This document shows, piece after piece, positions 1-8,641 of a stretch of 26,970 bases of DNA. Each line of letters begins with the position of its first letter. Within the stretch, counting starts at the first letter, position 1. The stretch lies in the IMG/VR virus record IMGVR_UViG_3300009694_000018; one strand, 5' to 3'. The translations under genes and the position numbers were made by a program. This stretch comes from an uncultured virus (IMG/VR IMGVR_UViG_3300009694_000018). Taxonomy: Duplodnaviria > Heunggongvirae > Uroviricota > Caudoviricetes. The notes beneath the pieces are model-generated. The model did no database searches. It was given only the letters and a program-made list of their open reading frames with translations, and was not told the origin of the DNA.

Positions 1-9
1 GATAAGGAA

Positions 10-483
10 ATGAAATCTTTCAAAGATGTTCCTTCTGAAGTTTTTGAAACATCAAAAAGAATACTTAACGATATATTTGATAGAGTTCGTAAACCTGTTT
101 TTGAATATGACAAAAATAAAGGTTTAATAGTAAAATTTTTTATTAGCGAAACAGATTTTAAATATATTGATGAAGATGAAATTTTAACACTCGATGAAGG
201 AGTTAGAAAAAAAAGGACTTATGATGTTTCTTTAGAATATCTTAATAGAATAACTGAAACTTTTGAAGTTGAATATAGAGTAAGATTTGAAATGTTAGAA
301 GATACTGATGAAGAAGAATATTTGGAGGATGAAAATGATGATATCATAATAGATGATGATTATGAAACTCCCAATCCCGATGATTTAGAATATTTCGATG
401 AAGATCAAGCAGACACCGACATAAAGAAGGGAAAAATTAAAATTCAAGACTTTGATCATTTCGATGAAGATGATGAAGAATAA
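10..483 (+). CDS. Hypothetical protein with a highly acidic C-terminal region
   Basis: 157-aa ORF with a D/E-rich tail; no family motif recognised. Confidence 0.75.
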   Translation: MKSFKDVPSEVFETSKRILNDIFDRVRKPVFEYDKNKGLIVKFFISETDFKYIDEDEILTLDEGVRKKRTYDVSLEYLNRITETFEVEYRVRFEMLEDTDEEEYLEDENDDIIIDDDYETPNPDDLEYFDEDQADTDIKKGKIKIQDFDHFDEDDEE

Positions 484-501
484 AAAAATAAATATTAAGA
501 A

Positions 502-840
502 ATGAAAGAAAATTTGAATCATTTAGTTCTATTCGATAAATATATTTCCGAAAAAAAGGATATTATAAAGGAAATTGGTAAAAACGTGAGGAAAGGACTT
601 GGATTTTTGACATATGAAGAAAAAATAGAAAAAGGACTTGGGATCGTTAAAAAACATAAAGTTAAAAAGGATACCTACGAAATATTATTGAAACAAGATC
701 CGGAAAGAGCAGAAAAATATTTAATTTTTTGGGCTGAATTACCTGATGGATTTCCGCATTGGAATAGTGTGACCAGAGAATGGGAAGATTCTGGCGAATA
801 TTATGATCAAACAGGAATACTAGGGACAAGAAAATATTAA
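502..840 (+). CDS. Hypothetical protein
   Basis: 112-aa ORF tightly packed between neighbours; N-terminus (HLVLFDKYISE) loosely resembles the FxxFE leader. Confidence 0.7.
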   Translation: MKENLNHLVLFDKYISEKKDIIKEIGKNVRKGLGFLTYEEKIEKGLGIVKKHKVKKDTYEILLKQDPERAEKYLIFWAELPDGFPHWNSVTREWEDSGEYYDQTGILGTRKY

Positions 841-843
841 AAG

Positions 844-1533
844 ATGATCAAAAATTTTAGAATATTTGAACAATTAAGTAGACAAGACATTGATCCTTAT
901 GGTGAAGAAGATTGGGACAACGATAACGATACTCCGATAATACGGCTAGCCAAAAAGCAAAATATACAATTAGATCAAATAATGTCTTTAGATTGTTCTT
1001 ATAAAGGATTAACTAGTTTAGAAGGCATTGAACAATTAATTAATTTAAGATATTTATATTGTTCATTTAATAGATTAACTAGTTTAGAGGGAATTGAACA
1101 TTTAACGAATTTAAGAGAATTATATTGTCATTTTAATTCATTAACTAATTTAGAAGGCATTGAACATTTAACAAATTTAAAAATATTATATTGTAATTAT
1201 AATTTACTAACTAGTTTAAAAGAAATTGAACATTTAACGAATTTAAAAATATTATATTGTAATTATAATTTACTAACTAGTTTAAAAGAAATCGAATATT
1301 TAACTAATTTAAGAGGATTATATTGTTCTAATAATAGATTGACTAGTTTAGAAGGAATTGAGCATTTAACGGATTTGAGAGAATTATATTGTCATTCTAA
1401 TCAATTAACTAATTTAGATGGAATTGAACATTTAAAGAATTTAGAAACATTATATTGTTTCAATAATAGATTTACTGATGAATATAAAAATTATTTAGGA
1501 TCAAAGAAAAACATGATGAAGATAATATGGTGA
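844..1533 (+). CDS. Leucine-rich repeat protein (22-aa internalin/SDS22-like LRRs) with FxxFE leader and DIDPYGEEDW motif
   Basis: Seven full LTSLEGIEHLTNLxxLYCxxNx units; paralogue of 26076..26771 and 26773..>26970. Confidence 0.93.
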   Translation: MIKNFRIFEQLSRQDIDPYGEEDWDNDNDTPIIRLAKKQNIQLDQIMSLDCSYKGLTSLEGIEQLINLRYLYCSFNRLTSLEGIEHLTNLRELYCHFNSLTNLEGIEHLTNLKILYCNYNLLTSLKEIEHLTNLKILYCNYNLLTSLKEIEYLTNLRGLYCSNNRLTSLEGIEHLTDLRELYCHSNQLTNLDGIEHLKNLETLYCFNNRFTDEYKNYLGSKKNMMKIIW

Positions 1534-1576
1534 AGAGAATTTAATAAGATTAAGATATTTAAAATGATGTTGATAA

Positions 1577-1828
1577 ATGAAAATTAAAAAATTAGAAAAT
1601 TATAATAATAAAAATATACTTATATTTATTGGTTCGGCTAGAGATAAAAATAATTGCCCAGGTCAAGAAAGTAAAACCAGTATTATTGTTAAAAAAGCAA
1701 TAAAAGATTTACCAAAAAATATAAAAATAGATATAATAGATCTAGCTATTAAAAATAAATCTTCTATTATACAACCATGTAAAGGATGTATATCTACATC
1801 AGGGGGAGCCTTATTTTTAACTTTGTGA
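1577..1828 (+). pseudogene. Truncated flavodoxin-like / NADPH-dependent FMN reductase (iron-sulfur flavoprotein type), N-terminal part only
   Basis: ILIFIGSAR...SKT...IDIIDL...IQPCKGC matches the family N-terminus; similarity appears to end near 1810 and the frame stops after 83 aa. Confidence 0.65.
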
Positions 1829-1837
1829 AATGATTAG

Positions 1838-1946
1838 AAAAACCACTTGATCTTGTTCCAAAAAGCTTGAAATTGAGAGCACAGAACCAATAGGACAGCG
1901 AATTCGTTTCGCACGAGGAACTGGCAACAAGATCAAGATGGTTTTT
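1838..1946 (+). ncRNA. Candidate structured non-coding RNA (long closing stem with a multibranch loop); strand uncertain
   Basis: AAAAACCA-CTTGATCTTGTT-CCA (1838-1860) pairs with TGG-c-AACAAGATCAAG-a-TGGTTTTT (1922-1946); internal hairpins GCTT/GAGC, CC/GG and GCGAA/TTCGC; GC-richer than background; 20 nt upstream of a tRNA. Confidence 0.5.
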
Positions 1947-1966
1947 AAAAAAAATTTAATAATAAT

Positions 1967-2040
1967 CGGATAGTAGCTCAGTCTGGTCAGAGCGGCGGCC
2001 TCTAACTCCACGAACATGGGTTCGAATCCCATCTATCCGT
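1967..2040 (+). tRNA. tRNA with CUA anticodon (amber suppressor type), imperfect anticodon stem
   Basis: Acceptor CGGATAG/CTATCCG, D arm GCTC/GAGC with GG loop, anticodon loop CT-CTA-AC (2000-2006), T arm ATGGG-TTCGAAT-CCCAT; anticodon stem GCGGC/TCCAC has two mismatches; no encoded CCA. Confidence 0.85.
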
Positions 2041-2058
2041 CTAACTTTTCATAATTTT

Positions 2059-2660
2059 TCAACACTTTCTTATAGTTTTCCAAGAAACATTATATTTTTT
2101 AGCCACTTTGTTTTGCGATGTTTCTTCAATTTCTTTTTTTAAATCTTCGTGTGTTGGTCTATCGACCACTCTATTAGTCTTGGAATTACAATCAACACAC
2201 ATAAAAGCACCGTTAGATATCTTTTTTCCGCACTCACAATATTTTATTTTTTTAATTTTATTTATTTTTTTTCTATTATAGCTATCAGTTTGTGAATGAC
2301 AATTAGGACAAAGAAAGCATAAATTATCTAATCTATTATCACACGCATCACCGTTTATGTGTTCCAACTGAAGAATTAATTTTTTTCCATTCCACTCCCC
2401 AGATATTCCACAATTTTTACACTTATAATCTATTAAATCGTCTTCTATAATTCTTTTTTTCAAATATCCTCTATGAGTATCAGTATCATATATGAATAAT
2501 TCATCTACACCTCTTTTTCTTTTAAAATTATTATATTTTTGAAAATATTCAAAAGATGGTATATCAATATTTCTTCTTTTTAATTCTTTTTTAACCAATG
2601 TATAATGACCAGTGGCTATTGAATTATATCCAAATTTTCTTATAAAATCAGACAATTTTA
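2059..2660 (-). CDS. HNH homing endonuclease with Zn-finger and C-terminal HTH; 5' end apparently missing
   Basis: CKNC...WNGKKLILQLEHINGDACDNRLDNLCFLCPNCHSQT, then CECG...CVDC and an HTH-like tail. The ORF-track N-terminal ~58 aa are antisense to the phoH promoter/leader and look spurious; left boundary of real homology is approximate. Confidence 0.8.
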
Positions 2661-2682
2661 ACAAAAAAAGTGAAAAAAAAAT

Positions 2683-2691
2683 TAATATATA
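2683..2691 (+). promoter_or_regulatory. TAATATATA late-type promoter motif (representative copy)
   Basis: Exact copies upstream of genes: + 2683, 8576, 12819, 26022; - 4988, 6102, 15776, 18243, 18651, 21040; variant CAATATATA at 16917 (-). Confidence 0.65.
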
Positions 2692-2719
2692 ATTTCGTAT
2701 GATTAAACGTACTTTATTC

Positions 2720-2773
2720 AACAAAAAAAAGCCGGACGACATTTCAACAAGAGATAAGTCTGGTTTTTTTGTT
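2720..2773 (+). terminator. Terminator-like hairpin in the phoH leader
   Basis: AACAAAAAAAAGCCGGAC...GTCTGGTTTTTTTGTT inverted repeat followed by a T-run. Confidence 0.45.
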
Positions 2774-2797
2774 GCGAACAAAAAAACATCAACTATT

Positions 2798-3565
2798 ATG
2801 AGTAAACGAAAGAACAATATGTTATCGGTACTCAATGCCGATGATGAAGTAATTGAAGCTATTTACAACACCAGAAAAATGACCAATGATGTTATTTTCA
2901 CTAAAAAACAGTTCACAGAGACATTACTTAAAAGAGTTAATTTAAAATGTAAAAATCAAAAACAAAAAGAGTTTATTAAAACAATAGATGAAAATGAAAT
3001 CACAATATGTATAGGGGATTCAGGCGTAGGTAAAAGTTATCTGTCAGTCGCTAAAGCTCTGGATTTATTAAGGGATTCTAAAAATGGATATGAAAAGATT
3101 TATATTATAACTCCGATAATTGAAAGTGAAGAATCTATTGGTTATCTTAGAGGAGATCTTGATATGAAAACCTTTCCTTATTTGTATTCTTTATATTATT
3201 TGATGGATAGAATAATTGGAGAAGAAACGAGAAAAAAATTAGTCGAAAATAAAATAATAGAACCTTTATATATGTCTTATATGAGGGGCATAAACATATG
3301 TGATTCGGTTCTTATCGGAGACGAAACACAAAATTTGACCATCAAAGGAATTAAAACATTATTAACAAGAATTGGATATAATTCAAAGTTCATATTATCT
3401 GGAGATCTGAATCAAATAGACAGATTTAAAAATCCAGAAGAATCTGGATTAAAATATGCCTATGATAATTTGCAAGGCATTGCAGGCATTGGTTTTGTAG
3501 AATTCGGTAAAGAAGATATAGTAAGAAATCCTATAATAAGTCCAATATTAGATAGATTCAAATAA
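2798..3565 (+). CDS. phoH: PhoH-like ATPase
   Basis: Walker A GDSGVGKS, YMRG, DETQN, GDLNQID and DIVRNP motifs; start is 2798 (MSKRK) or 2699. Confidence 0.95.
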   Translation: MSKRKNNMLSVLNADDEVIEAIYNTRKMTNDVIFTKKQFTETLLKRVNLKCKNQKQKEFIKTIDENEITICIGDSGVGKSYLSVAKALDLLRDSKNGYEKIYIITPIIESEESIGYLRGDLDMKTFPYLYSLYYLMDRIIGEETRKKLVENKIIEPLYMSYMRGINICDSVLIGDETQNLTIKGIKTLLTRIGYNSKFILSGDLNQIDRFKNPEESGLKYAYDNLQGIAGIGFVEFGKEDIVRNPIISPILDRFK

Positions 3566-3622
3566 TTATTCATATTTAATATATTCCTTAATATTTATTT
3601 CATCTAAAGATTCTAATTTTTT

Positions 3623-3651
3623 AAAATACCACCCATCAATGGTGGTATTTT
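3623..3651. terminator. Bidirectional intrinsic terminator
   Basis: AAAATACCACC-catcaat-GGTGGTATTTT between convergent genes. Confidence 0.75.
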
Positions 3652-3705
3652 CTTTTAAACACTTTAAGTTTTAGACAAAAGTAAATAATTTTCATGAGCG
3701 AAATT

Positions 3706-3987
3706 TTATTTTTCCCAATCTTCCTCTTCGTATGGGTCTATTTTTTTGATATGTGATCTTTTTTCTTCTTTTTTTCTAACGTATTCCTCTTTTTCTTTTT
3801 TCATTTTCTCTCTTAATTCATCTATATCATTAGCCGGTAATTGTTTAATATTTCTAATTTTTCTTAATAAATCTCTTTCTTTGACAAAAGTTATAATACC
3901 TTCGTCTGGACCAGTATCAATTCCACATATTGATAAATCATACATGATATCGGATATAGTGTAATAGAATTCGTAACTATCACCCAT
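3706..3987 (-). CDS. Hypothetical protein ending in a charged helix plus IDPYEEEDW motif (possibly 5'-truncated)
   Basis: C-terminus KKEEKRSHIKKIDPYEEEDWEK mirrors the module ends in 6116..8137. Confidence 0.7.
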   Translation of the reverse strand: MGDSYEFYYTISDIMYDLSICGIDTGPDEGIITFVKERDLLRKIRNIKQLPANDIDELREKMKKEKEEYVRKKEEKRSHIKKIDPYEEEDWEK

Positions 3988-4160
3988 ATAAATACTTATG
4001 TGATATTGATTCCTGAAGATTTTAATGTTGAAGATTTTATTTTTTCAAATTTAAATAAAATTCAAAAATTATATCAAGAAAAACATGGTGGTTATAGTAA
4101 CTATAAAAAAAGGGAAAAATAGTTATACCTTATGAATATATTGATGAACTTATAAACAAA

Positions 4161-4217
4161 TTAAAAAAAAGCATAAAAAATAGTACTGTTACTCACGAAA
4201 CCGTTTCTTATTTTCAT
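4161..4217 (-). pseudogene. Truncated second MKIRNGFVSNS-leader gene
   Basis: Translates MKIRNGFVSNSTIFYAFF*; first 11 aa identical to the upstream gene but with different codons; starts 20 nt after that gene's stop. Confidence 0.7.
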
Positions 4218-4236
4218 ATTTTTAATTTTTTTTTTA

Positions 4237-4662
4237 TTAATATTCTTTATAAATAATATCAGATTCATCTACTTTTACTATTTGTGTTAAAAACCAATCC
4301 ATAGGAAAATTGTCCATATCTGTACAGGTTTCAATTACATTATCTTTTTCTATAACATCCCATTTATCAGTGTTTGTTATTCTATATGGTGTATTATCAC
4401 CCATCATTTCTTTTAATTTATCAATTGTTGTTTTTTTACTATAATTTATTTCATCATTTTTCCGGTTTTCTTCCTCACCATATGGATCGTCCTCATTAAA
4501 TTTCCTAAATGAAGCAATTTTTTTATTGTCATCGTTTATTAATTTCCAACAATAATTAATGTGATCTTTAATCATATCAATTTGTTCATTTGTTAAATTT
4601 TCTTTTCTAATTATATAACTAGACGAACTACTGTTACTTACAAATCCATTTCTTATTTTCAT
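4237..4662 (-). CDS. Hypothetical phage protein with MKIRNGFVSNSSSSS N-terminus and internal FRKFNEDDPYGEE segment
   Basis: Ser-rich leader; start at 4662 preferred to 4674 by comparison with the paralogue at 4217. Confidence 0.8.
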   Translation of the reverse strand: MKIRNGFVSNSSSSSYIIRKENLTNEQIDMIKDHINYCWKLINDDNKKIASFRKFNEDDPYGEEENRKNDEINYSKKTTIDKLKEMMGDNTPYRITNTDKWDVIEKDNVIETCTDMDNFPMDWFLTQIVKVDESDIIYKEY

Positions 4663-4679
4663 ATTTTTAATCATTTGTT

Positions 4680-4973
4680 TTAATAATGTATAAAATCAAA
4701 TTCATTATCTAAATCAACTATATATCCATTATTTTTAGCATTTTCGATTATTTCATTTATGTCTTTGATTTTAGCATACCATCTTTCGTAAGAATCCGAA
4801 TCACCGTCTAGGACTTGATTTGTTCCTGGTATACTAACAGCTATATCGTTGTCTATATTTTCAGCGGTTTCTTCATCGATTAAGAATGCACAAACATCTC
4901 CATCAGCGTCAGTTAATTTGACTAAATAAGCTTTTTTAGTACTGTCATTAAACATTTCAAAAGTTTTCATCAT
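4680..4973 (-). CDS. Hypothetical acidic protein
   Basis: 97-aa ORF, starts MMKTFEMFN, has its own TAATATATA motif at 4988-4996. Confidence 0.75.
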   Translation of the reverse strand: MMKTFEMFNDSTKKAYLVKLTDADGDVCAFLIDEETAENIDNDIAVSIPGTNQVLDGDSDSYERWYAKIKDINEIIENAKNNGYIVDLDNEFDFIHY

Positions 4974-5006
4974 GATTTTTTTTATTATATATATTAATTA
5001 TCATTT

Positions 5007-6071
5007 TTAAATTATGTAAACTGGACAATCTCGATTACAATTTAATAATTTCTTTTTGAAATTTAATGTTTTTTCGTTAAACCAAACATCCTTTAAAAAA
5101 TCTTCACAATTTAAAACGTCTATGCCTTCTTCCCAATTTTCTACACCGTCACAAAAACTACAAGGGTAATAATGTCCACTAACTGATATATAACTTGAAT
5201 AAAGAGAAGCTTCACATTTTTCTACTAACATTTCCATTTGTTTAAAATTGTTATGTCCTTCAATCGATTTTAAAAACTTAGTACTTCCACAACTATCAAA
5301 ACCAATCGATATATTATTATCGAGTGAATATTTAACAATATTATTGAATTTTTCTTGACCTAATTGAGTGAAACCGTTTTTAGCATTTCCTTTTGTTTTA
5401 AGAGATAAAAAAACTATAGCATTAAGATGTTTTAATCTATCATCAATTTTAATATCATTCAATGTTTCTATAGCTTTATCATATGTTTCTTCGCTTAACA
5501 GGAAATGTATATTTGTTTGTTTTAATCCTCTTCTTGTCAATTCTTCAACAGCGGTATAAGTTAAATCCTTATCATATAAAGATACAGCAACAGCTCCCAT
5601 CATTAAGGCTAATCTATCAAATAATTCATCCGTCATTCTAGCTCCATTAATAGTCACATTTGGAATAACTCCATTTTCCCTACAATAGTTAAATATTTTC
5701 CACATATCGGGATTTCCGTCAATATCTCCTATACCGGCAGCCAATTGTGTTATACTCGGTGGGAGTTTTGAAAATATTTTCTTAAAAGTTTCAAATGACA
5801 TATAATCACCTTTGGGAGTATTTGATTTGTAACAAAATTTACAAGGTTTATCTATACCGTGACATGATGTGGATATTTCCATGTCTACTAATTCTGGAAG
5901 ACCCAGATTTATGTCACCGTCATCTTCCTTTGTTTTGCCCCAACGAACGAAAAATCCAGTTTGTTTATTAAATATAAAGTTATAATTTTCGCTTCTTAAT
6001 ATTTTAGTATATTGATCTTCTATTAATGTTGATATATCACCGTTTATTAATTTTATTTCAGATTTTTCCAT
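5007..6071 (-). CDS. Radical SAM protein with SPASM/twitch-like C-terminal Cys region
   Basis: DMEISTSC-HGIDKP-CKFCY (CX6CX2C), PNVTING, C-terminal CEA...YPCSFC...C..DCP. Confidence 0.9.
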   Translation of the reverse strand: MEKSEIKLINGDISTLIEDQYTKILRSENYNFIFNKQTGFFVRWGKTKEDDGDINLGLPELVDMEISTSCHGIDKPCKFCYKSNTPKGDYMSFETFKKIFSKLPPSITQLAAGIGDIDGNPDMWKIFNYCRENGVIPNVTINGARMTDELFDRLALMMGAVAVSLYDKDLTYTAVEELTRRGLKQTNIHFLLSEETYDKAIETLNDIKIDDRLKHLNAIVFLSLKTKGNAKNGFTQLGQEKFNNIVKYSLDNNISIGFDSCGSTKFLKSIEGHNNFKQMEMLVEKCEASLYSSYISVSGHYYPCSFCDGVENWEEGIDVLNCEDFLKDVWFNEKTLNFKKKLLNCNRDCPVYII

Positions 6072-6115
6072 AATAAGTGTGTTTTTAAATTTTAATTTTT
6101 ATATATATTACTATT

Positions 6116-8137
6116 ATGATAAAAAAGTTTTCAAATTATTTTAAAGTTGGCGATGTCGTTATAGTGAAAAAAGGACATAGAAGACAAAATCTTGTAGATA
6201 AAATTGGTGTAATTAAAACAATAAATACACACGATGGTGTAAATTATTATTTAGTTAGTTTAGTTAACTTTTTATTACCGGATTATAGAGTCATTGAATA
6301 TTTTTGTGGTAACATATGGTTCGTAGAAGATGAAATAAAATTATTTAATTTAAACAAAGAAATTGAATCAAAAATTAAAAAAGAAGAAGTAAAATTAAAA
6401 CATATGGATATTGATCCTTATGGTGAAGAAGACTGGATTGATCAAGATTACAATTCAATGCACTATTTAAATGAAGGTAAAATAGAAGATTTTCAAATAG
6501 GTGATACTGTTATTTGTAACGGACAAATGGATGATATCTATTTTAAAGGTGAAATAGGTATTATTATATCATTGCGTCATTTCAATGCTTCAGTTAAATT
6601 TCCAGAAAGATTTGATAACCATTTATGGAACTGTAACGGAATCGATATTACGAATTCTTCTTACTATATCGATTATCATTTATTAGAATTGGCTGATCCA
6701 GAAAAAATAGAATATAGAAAAAAAATTAGAGAGGAAAGGAGATTAAAACATATGGATATTGATCCTTATGGTGAAGAAGATTGGTTAAGTGAAAGTGTTA
6801 ACGAAAATTCGAATCATAAATTTAACATAGGAGATAGGGTTGTTGTTAATGACAAATTAAAAAATCATGTTGTTAAAAATAGGTGGGATCGGAATATGTT
6901 AGACTGTATTGGTCGTAGTTACACTATTAGAAAACGTGATAATAATTATTATTTTTTAAATGAATCTTCATATTACTTTCCAGAAGATTGTTTAGATTTA
7001 TTAGATCCCAAAGAACAAAAACGAAAAGAAGAAAGATTAAAACAATTAAGATTAAAACATATGGATATTGATCCTTATGGCGAAGAAGATTGGTTAAATG
7101 AGAACTTCGAAAATGATTATGATTTTAAAAATGGAGATAAAGTGATTTGTACAGGAAATCAAAGCGGTCTTGATCTAAATGGTCAAATAGGCACAATAAT
7201 CGATAAACACTCAAATAATACATCTTCTACTGTAAATGGAGTTGTTATAAAAGGAATACATTATGATGTCAAATTTCATAGTATTGGATATACATATATT
7301 GTTTCTAAAAATATATTAAAACCGATATCTGAACTACGAAAGAAACGAGAAGAAATGAGATTAAAATACATGGATATTGATCCTTACGGTGAAGAAGATT
7401 GGGATATGGACTACAATTCAAATTACTACAAACATTTAAATGAAAGTGAAATTAATGATTTTCAAATAGGTGATTCCGTTATTTGCCACGGACAAATGGA
7501 TGATATTTATTTTAATGGTGAAGTGGGTATTATTCTATCAATGAGTGATTCTCCATTATTGGCAGTTAAATTTCCAGAAAGATTCAATAATCACTTGTGG
7601 GATTGTGACAGAATCGATTTTACGAATTCTTCTTACTATATTTATTATTATTTATTAGAATTAACCGATCCTGAAAAAATAGAATATAGAAAAAAAATTA
7701 GAGAGGAAATGAGATTAAAACATATGGATGTTGACCCTTATGGGGAAGAAACTTGGGAAGATGACGACTCATTATTGATAAGAGAAAACAGAATATACGA
7801 AAATAAAGACTATTTTAATGTTGGTGATGTGGTAGTATGTAATGGAAGAATGGACAATATTTTATTTAAAGGTGAAATTGGTATTATAACACGCATTAAT
7901 GATGATGTTTCAGCTTGTGTTAAATTTGATAATAGATTCAATGTTCAATTACATACTGGATATGGTGATCACACAAGATCATCATATAATATAAGCTTTG
8001 ATCATTTAAAAAAAGCTGACGGTGATGAATTTGAAAAATGGGAAGAAGAACAAAAAAGAATAAAACAAAAAAAAGAAGAATATAGATTAAAACACATGGA
8101 TATTGATCCTTATGGTGAAGAAAACTGGGAAATTTAA
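6116..8137 (+). CDS. Six-module repeat protein (SH3/KOW-like beta module + charged helix + KHMDIDPYGEEDW)
   Basis: Six F-x-[IV]-G-D-x-V-type modules, each ending in K[HY]MD[IV]DPYGEE[DTN]W; modules 2 and 5 are near duplicates. Confidence 0.85.
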   Translation: MIKKFSNYFKVGDVVIVKKGHRRQNLVDKIGVIKTINTHDGVNYYLVSLVNFLLPDYRVIEYFCGNIWFVEDEIKLFNLNKEIESKIKKEEVKLKHMDIDPYGEEDWIDQDYNSMHYLNEGKIEDFQIGDTVICNGQMDDIYFKGEIGIIISLRHFNASVKFPERFDNHLWNCNGIDITNSSYYIDYHLLELADPEKIEYRKKIREERRLKHMDIDPYGEEDWLSESVNENSNHKFNIGDRVVVNDKLKNHVVKNRWDRNMLDCIGRSYTIRKRDNNYYFLNESSYYFPEDCLDLLDPKEQKRKEERLKQLRLKHMDIDPYGEEDWLNENFENDYDFKNGDKVICTGNQSGLDLNGQIGTIIDKHSNNTSSTVNGVVIKGIHYDVKFHSIGYTYIVSKNILKPISELRKKREEMRLKYMDIDPYGEEDWDMDYNSNYYKHLNESEINDFQIGDSVICHGQMDDIYFNGEVGIILSMSDSPLLAVKFPERFNNHLWDCDRIDFTNSSYYIYYYLLELTDPEKIEYRKKIREEMRLKHMDVDPYGEETWEDDDSLLIRENRIYENKDYFNVGDVVVCNGRMDNILFKGEIGIITRINDDVSACVKFDNRFNVQLHTGYGDHTRSSYNISFDHLKKADGDEFEKWEEEQKRIKQKKEEYRLKHMDIDPYGEENWEI

Positions 8138-8155
8138 AATTATATCATCGAAAAA

Positions 8156-8554
8156 TTAAATTATTTTTGTGTGAGATCTTCCTTCATTCCAATAATTAAT
8201 ATCCCCATAATAAATACATATTTCTTCATCCTTTTTAATGTCTCTAATCGCAGAAAAAATAAATAAATTATTTTCATCATTTGTTTCCCAGGCTGCGTTT
8301 GGTTTTTCTGAATGATTATATAAACAAGAAAAACCAAATGGTATTACTTGACATTTAGAATTTGTTCTTGGAAAATTGAATCTATAATCTATAAAAATTG
8401 AAGATGATTCGTTCTGTGACATCGGAATTATTAAAAAAGAATCTTCTTCTAAAATCTCGCCTGATTTTATATCGCTTTTAGCAAAAACACCCCAACCATG
8501 TAACTTCGATTTTCTTATTTCTATTTTATCGTTAAAAATCAATTTATCTTTCAT
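8156..8554 (-). CDS. SET-domain protein-lysine methyltransferase (minimal)
   Basis: KSKLHGWGVFAKSDIKSGE, YNHSEKPNA and AIRDIKKDEEICIYYG are SET motifs. Confidence 0.92.
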   Translation of the reverse strand: MKDKLIFNDKIEIRKSKLHGWGVFAKSDIKSGEILEEDSFLIIPMSQNESSSIFIDYRFNFPRTNSKCQVIPFGFSCLYNHSEKPNAAWETNDENNLFIFSAIRDIKKDEEICIYYGDINYWNEGRSHTKII

Positions 8555-8641
8555 TAAAAAACAGTTTTAATTTTTTAATATATATAGCATAAAATATGTT
8601 TTGTTTATAACTGAATTTAAATAAGAAAAAAAATAAATCTC

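Noticed and set aside
1817..2032. 71-aa minus-strand ORF
   Set aside because: Antisense to the tRNA and the structured RNA candidate
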